Assembly: GCA_033764955.1 (NCBI GenBank)
Contig: JANRIL010000038.1
Coordinates: 32,001-96,000 of the forward strand
From: Cyanobacteriota bacterium
Lineage (GTDB): Bacteria > Cyanobacteriota > Cyanobacteriia > Thermostichales > Thermostichaceae
Direction of reading: 5' to 3'
DNA length: 64,000 nt
Positions 40,317 through 51,477 of this stretch are shown piece after piece (position 1 is the first letter of the stretch; each line of letters opens with the position of its first letter). The position numbers and the translations under genes are program-made. The notes beneath the pieces were generated by a model. It did not search any database and was not told the origin of the DNA. It saw only the letters and a list, made by a program, of their open reading frames with translations.

Positions 40317-42149
40317 ATGCACTTGAGTAAATCTTTTCGCCGCACCAAAATTGTGGCTACCATCGGACCTGGTTGCCTCCACCCACAAACGTTGCGGGAG
40401 ATGATTGAGCAGGGGGCAACCACACTACGACTCAATTTTTCGCATGGCACTCATGAGGATCACCGCAGTAGCATTCGTTTGATCCGGCAGACGGCGATGG
40501 AATTAGGGATCCAGGTGGCGATTTTGCAGGATTTACAAGGTCCCAAGATCCGCTTGGGCAAGTTTGCGGAAGGATCCATTTCCTTGAAAGCGGGGGATCC
40601 CTTTGTCTTGACCAGCACCAAGATTCCAGGCACCCAGGAGCGCAGCTATGTCAGCTACGACAAACTAGCGACGGAAGTACCGGAGGGATCCACGATTCTC
40701 TTGGATGACGGGCGGGTGGAGATGCGGGTAGAAGCCGTCGATCAACAGTCGGGGGAACTGTTTTGTCGAACAATTGTGGGAGGGCCACTCTCCAATAACA
40801 AAGGGGTTAACTTTCCAGGGGTGCGGCTGTCGATCCGGGCGGTGACCGAAAAAGATCGGGAAGATTTGGTATTTGGCCTCAATCAAGGGGTGGACTGGGT
40901 AGCCCTCAGTTTTGTGCGGGAACCCTCCGATGTGGTTGAGCTACGGGAACTGATGCTGGCAGCGGGGCGACGGGTGCCGATTGTTGTCAAGATTGAGAAG
41001 CACGAAGCCATCGAGCAAATGGAAGGGATCCTCTCGATCAGCGATGGGGTGATGGTGGCACGAGGAGATCTGGGGGTGGAGTTGCCCGCCGAAGATGTGC
41101 CGATTTTGCAGAAGCGCCTGATTGCTCTGTCCAACCGTTTAGGGATCCCGGTGATCACCGCCACCCAGATGCTCGACAGTATGGTGCATAGCCCCCGCCC
41201 CACCCGTGCTGAGATTTCGGATGTTGCCAACGCTATTTTGGATGGAACCGATGCGGTGATGCTCTCCAATGAGACCGCTGTAGGCAAATTTCCCGTTGAG
41301 GCTGTGGCAACGATGGCTCGTATTGCCATTCGTACCGAGCAGGACTATCCCTATCGCAGCTTTCAGCAAAAGCGGGAACAGGTGAGCAGCCCTGCTATGG
41401 ATCGGATCTTTCAGCGATTAGGGGATCCCGTTCCTAGGGGCAAGCAGATGGTGATCCCTAACTCCATCAGCAAAGCGGTGGGGGAAATTGCCAGCGAGTT
41501 AGAGGCATCCGCCATCATGACCCTGACTAAAACAGGAGCCACCGCCCGCAATGTCTCGAAGTTTCGTCCCCGCACACCCGTGATCGCCGTTACCCCCCAT
41601 GTAGAAATCGCCCGTCGTCTGCAAATGGTCTGGGGAGTCGTGCCTCTACTGGTGATTGATCTCCCCTCCACGCGGCAAACCTTTCAAACCGCCGTCAATC
41701 TGGCTCAAGAACAAGGCTTGCTCAAGGATGGCGATTTAGTCGTTTTAACGGCAGGCACTCTCCAAGGCATTGCCGGATCCACCGATTTGATCAAGGTAGA
41801 TTTGGTCAAGTCTGTGGTAGCCAAAGGATTAGGGATTGGCAAGGGACGGGTACAAGGACCAGCACGCATTCTCACCTCTAGCCAAGATTCACAAGGAGTG
41901 ATGGCGGGCGAAATTTTGGTGGCCCGATCTACAGATGCCGATTGTGTAGAAGCGATTCGGCAGGCGGCAGGGGTGATCACGGAGGAAGATGGGGTAACCT
42001 CTCACGCGGCAGTTATCGGCATGAGTTTGGGGGTTCCAGTCTTGGTAGGTGTGAAAGATGCCACCCGCTTGATCCGCAATGGCTCCATTGTTACCATTGA
42101 TACCGAAAAAGGTGTGGTGTCTTCAGGTACCGATGGATTTGGATTCTAA
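40317..42149 (+). CDS. pyk: Pyruvate kinase with C-terminal PEP-utiliser domain
   Basis: RRTKIVATIGP, RLNFSHG, DLQGPKIR, MVARGDLGVE, TATQMLDSM; TSHAAV swivel domain. Confidence 0.97.
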   Translation: MHLSKSFRRTKIVATIGPGCLHPQTLREMIEQGATTLRLNFSHGTHEDHRSSIRLIRQTAMELGIQVAILQDLQGPKIRLGKFAEGSISLKAGDPFVLTSTKIPGTQERSYVSYDKLATEVPEGSTILLDDGRVEMRVEAVDQQSGELFCRTIVGGPLSNNKGVNFPGVRLSIRAVTEKDREDLVFGLNQGVDWVALSFVREPSDVVELRELMLAAGRRVPIVVKIEKHEAIEQMEGILSISDGVMVARGDLGVELPAEDVPILQKRLIALSNRLGIPVITATQMLDSMVHSPRPTRAEISDVANAILDGTDAVMLSNETAVGKFPVEAVATMARIAIRTEQDYPYRSFQQKREQVSSPAMDRIFQRLGDPVPRGKQMVIPNSISKAVGEIASELEASAIMTLTKTGATARNVSKFRPRTPVIAVTPHVEIARRLQMVWGVVPLLVIDLPSTRQTFQTAVNLAQEQGLLKDGDLVVLTAGTLQGIAGSTDLIKVDLVKSVVAKGLGIGKGRVQGPARILTSSQDSQGVMAGEILVARSTDADCVEAIRQAAGVITEEDGVTSHAAVIGMSLGVPVLVGVKDATRLIRNGSIVTIDTEKGVVSSGTDGFGF

Positions 42150-42155
42150 GATTTT

Positions 42156-42491
42156 CTAGGATTCAGGAGTGTCTATCAGTTGAGACCAATCAGCATGGGG
42201 TGGGTGGTGATTGAGACGGATCGGGTCGAGGGAGTGTTGACGACGATAGCGCATCAAGGCCGAACGAAAATTAGCCTTGCTCACCTTTTCTCCGGTCAAC
42301 TCGGAAAGCAATGCCCACAGATCGGAGCCAACATGCTTGATATGATCAGCCCCATAGCCCATGACTTTGGCAATTTCCGCATAGGTTTTCCCCTCCCATG
42401 CGTAAGAAAAAACGGATACTTGTAGGTCATTCAGTCTCTTGTCTTTTTCTAAAACCTCATCAAGAAAAACTACTGCCTCTTCAGTATTCAT
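42156..42491 (-). CDS. Stand-alone HTH domain of the type found N-terminal to cyanobacterial NB-ARC/NACHT proteins
   Basis: LNDLQ..VF..AWEGKTYAEIA...GY...HIK.VGS.LW.LLS...GEKVSKANFRSAL, ending ADWSQLID. Confidence 0.75.
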   Translation of the reverse strand: MNTEEAVVFLDEVLEKDKRLNDLQVSVFSYAWEGKTYAEIAKVMGYGADHIKHVGSDLWALLSELTGEKVSKANFRSALMRYRRQHSLDPIRLNHHPPHADWSQLIDTPES

Positions 42492-43235
42492 ACGGGGCTA
42501 TTCCTATTTTCCCGAAATTTGACCTAGTAAAAATTATACTTAAGTGTATTAGATGCTGTTTTTTAGGGATCCCTAAGGTATAGTGTACGGAGGGGAAAGT
42601 TTCCATGCTCAATCGATCCGCCAATCAAACTTGAGGGCAAAAGATCTTTACCTACCAACCTTCAACCTTCAGCGTATCCCAAGAATGGGGACAGAAAAAA
42701 TTTGTTACCTTGATTTGAACACTTATTAGCACCAAAAGACACTTTTTGTCTCGATTGAACAATTTTTGATGATAATTGAGATCGCATGGAAGCTGGCTGC
42801 CCGTTTTTTTTAATCGAAAGGGTCTGAACGGGGATCCCTCATTGACCAAATGGATCCCTGGGGTAGAGGAAAGAATCCCTAAGATCCCTGTTAGTTAAGA
42901 TAAGTTAGTTACGATAATTTCTGTCCGTTCTGGATCCCTCGACTCATTTAGGCTTATCCACGAAGTCAGCTAGATGTTGACTGGCTGTAAAAATATCAAT
43001 GACACGGATTATTAATGACATGGATCATGGTAACGTCCCAGAGATAATGCCGATGAGCTGGGCAGGATAGCTTATTGAGAACAAAGTCTAGAGCCGTCAT
43101 TACACTTAATTATTCTCAATAAGGATAAGTCCATAAAACACTCTGTTATTTCACAGCCATGACTTAGTCCATACCATCTAGAATTGGTTTTAGTTTTTTC
43201 ATCGAATTTTCCCCTGAATTGGCTGCGACTCACTG

Positions 43236-43504
43236 TGAAGAAGAAGCCTCGCCAACAAAAGTTTCCCCACCTTCTCGGTTCAAAATGGACATCGGTGCAG
43301 CCAGTCATGGGGTGGCGGCATTATGTGATCACCAATCGACAGGATCAAGGCGGGGGAGTAATTTTTGCCCAGTTGCAATCGGTTTGTGACCCAGGAGTGC
43401 GGATCTGGGTGAATGCCCGCACCTTAAAAAATCGGGATTTGTGGCAAGCAGGCTGGCTAACCCTGGATGAAGAGTGGAGCCAGCCACATTCGGGAAACGC
43501 TTAG
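43236..43504 (+). CDS. TIGR02450-like Trp-rich protein
   Basis: QKFPHLLGSKWT...GWRHY...WVNARTLKNRDLWQAGW; probable GTG start. Confidence 0.8.
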
Positions 43505-43513
43505 GTTGAGCCG

Positions 43514-43657
43514 TTAAGGAGCCGCCTCAACCACGGCAGCCGAGGGAGTTGGAGTGCGGTTGGGGCGAGGCAAAATTGGGTCTATCGTCACCTTAGGGTT
43601 GCAAGCAGCCAAAAGACTGCTCAACAAGATACTCAGCAAAACCGTAAATCTCAGCAT
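43514..43657 (-). CDS. 47-aa putative lipoprotein (not in the ORF track)
   Basis: Manual translation MLRFTVLLSILLSSLLAACNPKVTIDPILPRPNRTPTPSAAVVEAAP with LAAC lipobox. Confidence 0.55.
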   Translation of the reverse strand: MLRFTVLLSILLSSLLAACNPKVTIDPILPRPNRTPTPSAAVVEAAP

Positions 43658-43967
43658 AATGGTCACGCTCAGCGATGTGTTCTTTAAAGAATGGTTATGG
43701 TTTGACTAGTATTTGAGAAAAGTTTTAAATAGCCAGTCCCACAAACGCTGACAGCATAGCAGAAAGTTTTGAAATGTCCATTAATCTTGATCACAAGCTG
43801 GGCTAAACCTCAAAATTGGGATCCCTAGCTAGAGCCTGCTCGTCCGATGCCTGTCGTGGCTGCAACCGTTGCCCTTAATCCCTGCTTGAAGAGGGGCTTA
43901 CTAACCGTCAATCCCGTTAATATAGGAGAACTTGACCCACCCAGTTTTTTGAGGGGAGCAGCATACC

Positions 43968-46589
43968 GTGGACGCTCGTTACAATCCGCAAGAGATCGAA
44001 CCCAAGTGGCAAGGGCACTGGCAATCTATCGGTTTGGATCGGACGCCCTCGCTAACGGTGGATCCGCAGCAGCCCAGCAAAAAGTTTTATGCTCTATCGA
44101 TGTTTCCCTACCCCTCCGGCAAATTGCACATGGGGCATGTGCGAAATTATTCGATTACTGATGTGATTGCTCGCTTTAAGCGGATGAATGGCTATGCCGT
44201 TCTTCACCCGATGGGTTGGGATGCCTTTGGGTTGCCCGCCGAAAACGCGGCGATTGATCGGGGAGTACCGCCTGCCCAGTGGACTTATCAAAACATTGCC
44301 CAGATGCGGGATCAGTTGCAACGGCTGGGGTTTTCCTATGATTGGCAGCGAGAGGTGACCACCTGTAGCCCAGATTATTATCACTGGACTCAGTGGATCT
44401 TCTTGCAGTTTTGGCAAGCCGGGTTGGCCTATCAGCAGGAGGCAGCAGTCAACTGGGATCCCATCGACCAAACCGTGCTGGCTAACGAACAGGTGGATAG
44501 TGAGGGGCGTTCCTGGCGTTCGGGAGCCAAGGTGGAAAAGCGCCTGCTCAAACAGTGGTTTCTTAAAATCACCGCCTACGCTGAACAACTGTTGCAGGAT
44601 CTGGATCGATTGCAGGGTTGGCCGGAGCGGGTGCGGATCATGCAGGAGAACTGGATTGGCAAGTCTACAGGCGCACGGGTTCTGTTTAGCAGCGAAAGCG
44701 GGGTGGGGATCCCTGTTTTTACCACCCGCCCTGACACCCTCTGGGGAGCGACTTTTTTGGTCATCTCACCCGAACACCCTCTGGTGGAGAAATTGACCAG
44801 CCCGGAACAAGCGGCGGCGGTGCAAGCCTATCAGCAAGCGGCGGCCAGCAAAAATGAACTGGATCGCACCGCTGAGGATCGGGAGAAAACAGGGGTATGG
44901 ACAGGCCAGTATGCCATCAATCCGGTCAATAGCCAGCCCATTCCCATCTGGATCGCCGACTATGTACTGATGGGCTATGGCACAGGATCCATCATGGCCG
45001 TGCCCGCCCACGATCAACGGGACTTTGAATTTGCCCAGAAATTCGGCTTGCCGATTCAACCGGTTGTCTTTCCTGCCGATCAGGCGGTGGAGGCAAGCGA
45101 ACCCCTGCAAGCGCCTTATACGGGAGCGGGGGTGCTTCGCCATTCGGGTCCTTTGGATGGATTGCCTGTGGCGGAAGCCAAGATCAAAGTGATTGACTAT
45201 CTAGAGCAGCAGGGGATCGGCTCCGCCCAGATCACCTATCGCTTGCGGGATTGGCTGATTTCTCGCCAACGCTATTGGGGCTGTCCGATTCCGGTGATTC
45301 ATTGTGCCAACTGTGGCCTTGTGCCTGTGCCGGAATCGGATCTCCCCGTCATTCTGCCGGAGAATGTGGCTTTGACCGGGCGCGGCGCTTCCCCTCTTGC
45401 CCAACTGGAGGAGTGGCGGCAGGTGGCTTGCCCCCACTGTGGCCAAACGGCTCAGCGAGAGACCGACACGATGGATACCTTTATCGACTCCTCCTGGTAT
45501 TTTTTGCGCTTTAGCGATGCCCGTAATCCACAGCAGGTTTTTGACTCCCTTCAGGCCAATGGCTGGCTGCCCGTCGATCAGTATGTGGGTGGAATTGAAC
45601 ACGCTATCCTGCATTTGCTCTACTCCCGCTTTTTTACGAAGGTGTTGCGGGATCGCGGTCTGTTGCAGGTGGATGAACCCTTCCTGCGCTTGCTCACCCA
45701 AGGCATGGTGCAAGGTCTGACCTATGTCAACCCCAACAAAACGGGCAAAGACAAGTGGATCCCTGCCCATTTGGTCAAACCGGAGGATCCACGGGATCCC
45801 CAAACGGGTGAGCCTTTAGAAGCCTGCTATGCCACCATGTCCAAATCGAAGGGCAATGGCGTGGATCCGGAAGATGTGCTGCGGCACTATGGGGCGGACA
45901 CCGCTCGCATGTTCATTTTGTTCAAAGCCCCGCCGGAAAAAGATCTGGAGTGGGATGATGCCGATGTGGAAGGACAATTCCGCTTTTTGCATCGAGTTTG
46001 GCGGAGTGTATATGAGTTTATCGAGCAACCCGGCTGGGCAGAACGGTGGCAGGTGGCTCAGCAGGGATTGACGAATCTGGCGAGTCAGGGATCCCTAACG
46101 GCGGCTGAGCGAGACCTGCGGCGGGCGGTGCATGTCGCCATCCAGGAGGTCACGGAAGATATTGAGGTGGGCTACCTGTTTAATACGGCCATCTCGGAGC
46201 TGATGAAGCTGAACAATGCCATGTCAGACTCTGGTTTAGTAACCTCTCCGGTCTATGCGGAGGCGGTGCTAACCCTGGTTAAACTGTTGGCTCCTTTTGC
46301 CCCCCACATGGCCGAAGAGTTGTGGTCTCAACTGGGGGAAGCAGGTTCGATCCATCAGCAGACGTGGCCCCAGGTGGATGCCGCCGCTTTGGTTGCGGAT
46401 CGGATCACGATTGTTGTGCAGATCAACGGCAAAACCCGTGGCACTTTTGAGGCTCCCGCCCAGATCACCGATGCTGAGCAAGAAGAACTAGCCAAAGCGT
46501 CGGAAATCGCTCAAAAACATTTGGCGGAAGCAACCATTCGCAAGGTGATCGTGGTGTCGAAAAAGCTGGTTAATTTTGTGATTGCCTAG
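43968..46589 (+). CDS. leuS: Leucine--tRNA ligase
   Basis: [20 protein letters not shown] editing domain, TMSKSKGN. Confidence 0.98.
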   Translation: MDARYNPQEIEPKWQGHWQSIGLDRTPSLTVDPQQPSKKFYALSMFPYPSGKLHMGHVRNYSITDVIARFKRMNGYAVLHPMGWDAFGLPAENAAIDRGVPPAQWTYQNIAQMRDQLQRLGFSYDWQREVTTCSPDYYHWTQWIFLQFWQAGLAYQQEAAVNWDPIDQTVLANEQVDSEGRSWRSGAKVEKRLLKQWFLKITAYAEQLLQDLDRLQGWPERVRIMQENWIGKSTGARVLFSSESGVGIPVFTTRPDTLWGATFLVISPEHPLVEKLTSPEQAAAVQAYQQAAASKNELDRTAEDREKTGVWTGQYAINPVNSQPIPIWIADYVLMGYGTGSIMAVPAHDQRDFEFAQKFGLPIQPVVFPADQAVEASEPLQAPYTGAGVLRHSGPLDGLPVAEAKIKVIDYLEQQGIGSAQITYRLRDWLISRQRYWGCPIPVIHCANCGLVPVPESDLPVILPENVALTGRGASPLAQLEEWRQVACPHCGQTAQRETDTMDTFIDSSWYFLRFSDARNPQQVFDSLQANGWLPVDQYVGGIEHAILHLLYSRFFTKVLRDRGLLQVDEPFLRLLTQGMVQGLTYVNPNKTGKDKWIPAHLVKPEDPRDPQTGEPLEACYATMSKSKGNGVDPEDVLRHYGADTARMFILFKAPPEKDLEWDDADVEGQFRFLHRVWRSVYEFIEQPGWAERWQVAQQGLTNLASQGSLTAAERDLRRAVHVAIQEVTEDIEVGYLFNTAISELMKLNNAMSDSGLVTSPVYAEAVLTLVKLLAPFAPHMAEELWSQLGEAGSIHQQTWPQVDAAALVADRITIVVQINGKTRGTFEAPAQITDAEQEELAKASEIAQKHLAEATIRKVIVVSKKLVNFVIA

Positions 46590-47647
46590 CTTGCCGACCA
46601 GCGAGCGGCGTAGGTGGCGGCTCCCAATAAGCCGACTTGGGCATTTAATACCACCTGAATGGGCATCACTTCTAAAACCCTTTGCATGCGACCTTTGTCC
46701 AAAAAGGCGCGGATAAACTCACCGGTCTCTAGAAGGCGCAGCAATTTAGCGGCAATCCCCCCCGCCAGATAAACACCGCCATAGGACAACAATTTGAGGG
46801 CTAGGTTGCCAGCTTCGGCTCCATAGGCGGAGATAAAAAGATGTAGGGTCTGTTCGGCTAAAGGATCCGTTTGCTCAAGAGCGGCATTGGCAATCATCGC
46901 TGCGGCATCAATCGAGGCTGCTCCGGCCTCCCAGGCTCGGATTGTCTCCAACAGGGCTGGGGATCCCGCTATAGGCTGGGTATCTCGGAGGAACTGATAA
47001 ATTGCCACAATCCCCTGACCGGAAACCACCCGCTCGACGGAAACCCGCTCATGGCGTTGGAGAAGATAGAGCAACAGTTGGCACTCCAACGGCGAGCGAG
47101 GGGCAAAATCCGTATGTCCCCCCTCACTGCCAAAGACCTCATACCGCCCATTTCGCTGGATCAAATAGGCTTCCCCCAGTCCTGTGCCTGCCCCCAAGAC
47201 CGCGATTGGAGCCTGTAGATCCGGTATTCCCGTCTGCAAGGTACAAAGATCGCTGGCGGGCAATCCCAAAATTCCATAGCCAATCGCACTAAAGTCGTTG
47301 ATCAAGGCCACCTGCGGGATCCCTAAATCCTTGCCCAGTTGAGGGGCTTGCAGCAAAGGCCAGCGCAGGTTGGTCAAACGGGCGGTTTGCTGGACAACCG
47401 GTCCAGCGATGGCAAAACAGGCCACCTCCGGTTGGGGATCCCTCTCCATCCCCAGATGGATGCCCGCCTCCCTGAGAAAGTGTTGAACCATCGGCAGCAG
47501 GTCGGGATAATCATTACTGATGTAGCGCACCCGATAGAGGGACTCCAGCCCCTCCCCTTCCTGATCCGCCACCAAACTGAGCATCGTTTTGGTTCCACCG
47601 ATATCCCCTGCCAGCAGAAGTCGCATGTGGGATCCCCCATGACACAC
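46586..47647 (-). CDS. glk: Glucokinase
   Basis: [43 protein letters not shown]. Confidence 0.95.
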   Translation of the reverse strand: MCHGGSHMRLLLAGDIGGTKTMLSLVADQEGEGLESLYRVRYISNDYPDLLPMVQHFLREAGIHLGMERDPQPEVACFAIAGPVVQQTARLTNLRWPLLQAPQLGKDLGIPQVALINDFSAIGYGILGLPASDLCTLQTGIPDLQAPIAVLGAGTGLGEAYLIQRNGRYEVFGSEGGHTDFAPRSPLECQLLLYLLQRHERVSVERVVSGQGIVAIYQFLRDTQPIAGSPALLETIRAWEAGAASIDAAAMIANAALEQTDPLAEQTLHLFISAYGAEAGNLALKLLSYGGVYLAGGIAAKLLRLLETGEFIRAFLDKGRMQRVLEVMPIQVVLNAQVGLLGAATYAARWSAS

Positions 47648-47780
47648 CTATCTACGAGGCTATCCTAGGGCGAAATGGATCCTAGAGTCTGAGGGGTTGG
47701 GCAATATTCGGGTGAGAACCCCTGAGAATAGTCTCCTGGCGAATCTCAGTCCGTTTGCCATTACCGGAATTGACCAGAAG

Positions 47781-49694
47781 TTACCAGGTCCAGCGTAAGC
47801 CTTGAGATTGCAGATAGGCTTGCAAGTCCGCCATTTTGCCCCGGCTTGGGATCCCGGCTGCTGACAAGGGGGGCGTGGTTGGGGCTTGTTGGAGCAGCCA
47901 AGCCGCTGTTCCCCCGGCTGCCGCGCCGATGCTCCATTCGCCGTAATGCACACGGGTGGCGGCATTGACGATATGGCTGACCGCTAAACTTTTGCCCCCG
48001 ATCAACAAATTGTCGATGCCTTGGGGGATCAGGCTTTCCAAAGGGATCAGGATGGGTTTGACGGCAAGTTCGCTAACCGGAGCCGAGCTGGCCGATTGGG
48101 AGGGTTCCCAGTTGCGATAGCGGCAACCGTGGATATCGATGGCATAGTGAACCAAGGCAACGGCTGTCGCCGAAAAGTCTCGTCCACCGCTGGTGCCCCG
48201 ACGAATATCCTGTTCCTGCAGGAAAAAAGCCGGTTGTCCATAGGCAGCTCGCCCCAGGATGCGCCGGCCTTCGCGGATGTAGGGAGTCATGCTCAGCCCC
48301 GAAACCGTTCCCATGCCACCGGGATCCTTACCTGTCAATAAAGCCAGCGGCCAATCGGGTTGAGCATAGGTTTCCATCAGCCATTCCGCAAACAGCAGGG
48401 CGTGATCCTCCCCATCCTTGAGGGCATTCAACTGCAAACCCCCCAGCCAATTGGTGAGTTGACGGGTTTGGCTGAGTTGGGTGGCCGTCATGATCAAAGA
48501 GGGGTTCATCACCCCCCAGTCGTTGCCGCGATTCCAGTTGACTAGGGTCATATCTCCCCGTGCCGGGATCCCGACAAAGGGGTCATTTTGGGTGAGGCTG
48601 AGGCTGCGCCGATAGTGAAAGAAGCTCTTGCCCGCCAACAGGGGAAAGCCCTCTAGATCAAAGTCGCGACGATGTTCGGCACGGCTGAGACCCGGTTGTA
48701 AGGAGGCCAGTTTGGCTTGGGATACCCCCTGATCGTCATGGATGGCTAAAACAAACGGATAGGTAAACGCCTGAGTACATTCCGGATTGTCTTGGGGGGC
48801 AGCATTGGGTTCTCCGGTGGTGGCGGCGCTTTCGGATCCCAGGCGATAGGGCACTTGACTCCAGGCCACCACCTCCCCCGTATCGGTGGCATCAATCACG
48901 ATCAGCGATTCACCTGCCGGAGGCTGCAAGCGAATAGGAATTTTTTCAAAATAGGGATCCGGCGACCAGGAATACCAAGCAATCAATTCCCGTGACAGCC
49001 TGCCCTGGGGCAAATAATCGGGATCCCGTGCAAGCCGCTGCACGGCATAGATGGCCGTAATCTGTTGGCCGCTGGCATCCCGTTCAGCCCCCTTAAAGGC
49101 AGTCGAGACACTCCAGCGGCTGCCAGGAGCCTGAGAAGCAATCTGTGCCAGCCAGCCCTCCGCCGCCCGTGCCCCCACCTGGGGGGGAAAACACAAAAAA
49201 CCCACCCAACAACTATTGATCTGGTGAACCAGCAGGGGCTGGCTGGTTGGGATCCAGGCGGGCAACGGAACCGATTGCTGAGCAATCCAGGCTTTGAAGC
49301 GATTCCAACTGGGGGAAAAATTTTGCAGGTTCCGCATCGGCAAGGATTCATCAAGGGCAGATACCCCCTGACTGCTGATCTGCCCGCCTAACCAGGGGCT
49401 CACCTCGATCAAACAGGTTTGCGCCCCCCCCTGCATGGCGTGATAAGCCGCCGCTACCCCCCCTAGGGATCCCCCGACCACCACCACCTGGCAAGTCCAG
49501 ATTTGCGGTGAAGCCGGCAGCGGATTCAGTGGAGAGGGGACCATAGATGGCGGAAAAGCCGCCGCCACCCTGGCTGGGGAGGAGGGATCCGCGGCTATAC
49601 GGGGCAACCATCCCACCATGGCACCCGCCAAAAAGCTAAGTAAAGCCAACCCCAACCAGCCCCGCCGGAAACGATACCGCCGCTTTGCCCTCAT
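47781..49694 (-). CDS. FAD-dependent oxidoreductase
   Basis: VVVGGSLGGVAAA, WLGGQISSQGVSALDE, IDATDTG, PYIREGRR. Confidence 0.85.
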   Translation of the reverse strand: MRAKRRYRFRRGWLGLALLSFLAGAMVGWLPRIAADPSSPARVAAAFPPSMVPSPLNPLPASPQIWTCQVVVVGGSLGGVAAAYHAMQGGAQTCLIEVSPWLGGQISSQGVSALDESLPMRNLQNFSPSWNRFKAWIAQQSVPLPAWIPTSQPLLVHQINSCWVGFLCFPPQVGARAAEGWLAQIASQAPGSRWSVSTAFKGAERDASGQQITAIYAVQRLARDPDYLPQGRLSRELIAWYSWSPDPYFEKIPIRLQPPAGESLIVIDATDTGEVVAWSQVPYRLGSESAATTGEPNAAPQDNPECTQAFTYPFVLAIHDDQGVSQAKLASLQPGLSRAEHRRDFDLEGFPLLAGKSFFHYRRSLSLTQNDPFVGIPARGDMTLVNWNRGNDWGVMNPSLIMTATQLSQTRQLTNWLGGLQLNALKDGEDHALLFAEWLMETYAQPDWPLALLTGKDPGGMGTVSGLSMTPYIREGRRILGRAAYGQPAFFLQEQDIRRGTSGGRDFSATAVALVHYAIDIHGCRYRNWEPSQSASSAPVSELAVKPILIPLESLIPQGIDNLLIGGKSLAVSHIVNAATRVHYGEWSIGAAAGGTAAWLLQQAPTTPPLSAAGIPSRGKMADLQAYLQSQGLRWTW

Positions 49695-49722
49695 CCCCTC
49701 TCTCCCCTGACCCTTCGCTACC

Positions 49723-50535
49723 CTAGTGTATTCCTCCGGCTACGTAGGCTTGTGTGGCGGGCTGCTGGGGATCCCCAAAAATCACACTGGTTTGATCGTA
49801 TTCCGCCAGATAGCCCCAGCGCTCCCCAGATGCCGTAAACTCTACGTCAAAAAAAGCGGTTTGATCCGCCAAGCGAGCGGCCTGTTGCATATTGTGGGTG
49901 ACCATGACAATCGTGTAGTGATGGCGCAGTTGCCGCAGCAGTTCCTCAATTTTGGCTGTAGCTACCGGATCGAGGGCGGCACAGGGTTCATCCAACAAAA
50001 TCACCTGCGGCTCCACAGCCAGAGCACGCGCCAGACAGAGGCGCTGTTGCTGCCCACCAGAGAGAGCCAATCCACTCGCCCCCAGCTTATCTTTTACCTC
50101 ATCCCAGAGAGCCACCTGCCGCAGGCGGGCTTCCACCCCCTCGGCGATGGATCCGCGAAACCCAGTCACCCGCAGCCCATAGGCCACATTGTCAAAAATT
50201 GATTTGGGCAGTGGGGTAGGCTTCTGAAACACCATGCCAATGCGGCGACGCACCTCCACCGGATGGGTTTGGGGATGATAAAGATCGTGGTGAAGATAGG
50301 AGACAGATCCCTCCAGACGAAAACCAGGGATCCCATCGTTGAGCCGATTGAAACAGCGCAGGATAGAGCTTTTGCCACAGCCGGATGGCCCAATAAACGC
50401 CGTGATACCCAAGCTAGGAATCGCCAAGGTGACATCCTTAACCACCTGTTTGTTTTGGTAGTAAAGATGCAGGTGTTCTGTTTGCAGGGCAATGGGCACA
50501 GCCGTCAGTCTCGATGGGAAATCCATAGCACTCAC
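49723..50535 (-). CDS. pstB: Phosphate ABC transporter ATP-binding protein
   Basis: GPSGCGKS, RCFNRLND, GMVFQKP, LSGGQQQRLC, VTHNMQQA. Confidence 0.92.
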   Translation of the reverse strand: MSAMDFPSRLTAVPIALQTEHLHLYYQNKQVVKDVTLAIPSLGITAFIGPSGCGKSSILRCFNRLNDGIPGFRLEGSVSYLHHDLYHPQTHPVEVRRRIGMVFQKPTPLPKSIFDNVAYGLRVTGFRGSIAEGVEARLRQVALWDEVKDKLGASGLALSGGQQQRLCLARALAVEPQVILLDEPCAALDPVATAKIEELLRQLRHHYTIVMVTHNMQQAARLADQTAFFDVEFTASGERWGYLAEYDQTSVIFGDPQQPATQAYVAGGIH

Positions 50536-50564
50536 ATCAGCAAAATGATCAAGAGCCGCAATAG

Positions 50565-51464
50565 TTATCTAGGGGAGCGTCCTTGCCAGATTATCGCCTG
50601 CGCCATGCTATTTACCAACAACGCCAATCCCACCAGAACCAAGGCGGCTATGGCGGCTAGCTCCTGCTGTCGGGGAAAAGGGATCCCGGCAAAGTTATAG
50701 ATTAAGACGGCCAAGGAGGGCATCGGCTGCCCAATCCCCTGCGGCCAAAAGTAAGAAAACAGGGCGGTTAATAAGAGAGGAGCGGTCTCTCCCGCCGCCC
50801 GTGTCATGGCTAGGGTGATCCCGGTCAAGAGTGGGGGCAGCGCCACAGGCATCACCACCCGCCAGAGGGTTTGCATCGGGGAGGCTCCACTAGCCAGAGA
50901 AGCCCAGCGCAGCTCGTCAGGGACACTAGCCAATGCCTCAGTTGTGGTTTGAATGATCAGGGGCAGCATGATCAGCGCCAGGGCAAATCCGCCTGCTACT
51001 CCCGAAAACTGGCGAGTCGTTAAGACAAACAGGCCATAGCCCAGCAATCCAGCCATAATCGAGGGCATTCCACTCAGCAGTTGTACCGCCAACCGCACAC
51101 TCTGCACACCCAGCGATTGGGGATCCCCTTCGCTCAGATACACCGCCGTTAGGATCCCCAAGGGCAAACTCATGCCCGTTGCCAATCCCACCAGGATCAG
51201 GGTGCCCAGCAAGGCATTGCCGATCCCCCCTCCCGACATCCCCACCGCTGGGGGAAGCAAGCGAAAAATTGCCGGATCCCAGCCGGACCAGGCCAAGCGA
51301 CCCAGGTAGCCAAGAATCGCCACCAAGGGAGCTAAAGTTAGCCCCAAACAGAGCAAACTCAGGCAGGTCGGGAGGGTTCCTCCCAGATGCCGGCTAGGGG
51401 ATCCCAGCGGCAAAGGCACCCGCGTGGTGGACAATGGCTGGGGGGAAGAAAATGGGTTGACCAT
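50565..51464 (-). CDS. pstA: Phosphate ABC transporter permease PstA
   Basis: GGGIGNALLGTL, SGMPSI, RAAGETAPLLLT, SLAVLIYNFA; probable ATG 51464. Confidence 0.88.
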   Translation of the reverse strand: MVNPFSSPQPLSTTRVPLPLGSPSRHLGGTLPTCLSLLCLGLTLAPLVAILGYLGRLAWSGWDPAIFRLLPPAVGMSGGGIGNALLGTLILVGLATGMSLPLGILTAVYLSEGDPQSLGVQSVRLAVQLLSGMPSIMAGLLGYGLFVLTTRQFSGVAGGFALALIMLPLIIQTTTEALASVPDELRWASLASGASPMQTLWRVVMPVALPPLLTGITLAMTRAAGETAPLLLTALFSYFWPQGIGQPMPSLAVLIYNFAGIPFPRQQELAAIAALVLVGLALLVNSMAQAIIWQGRSPR

Positions 51465-51477
51465 AGCCTCTGGATCC

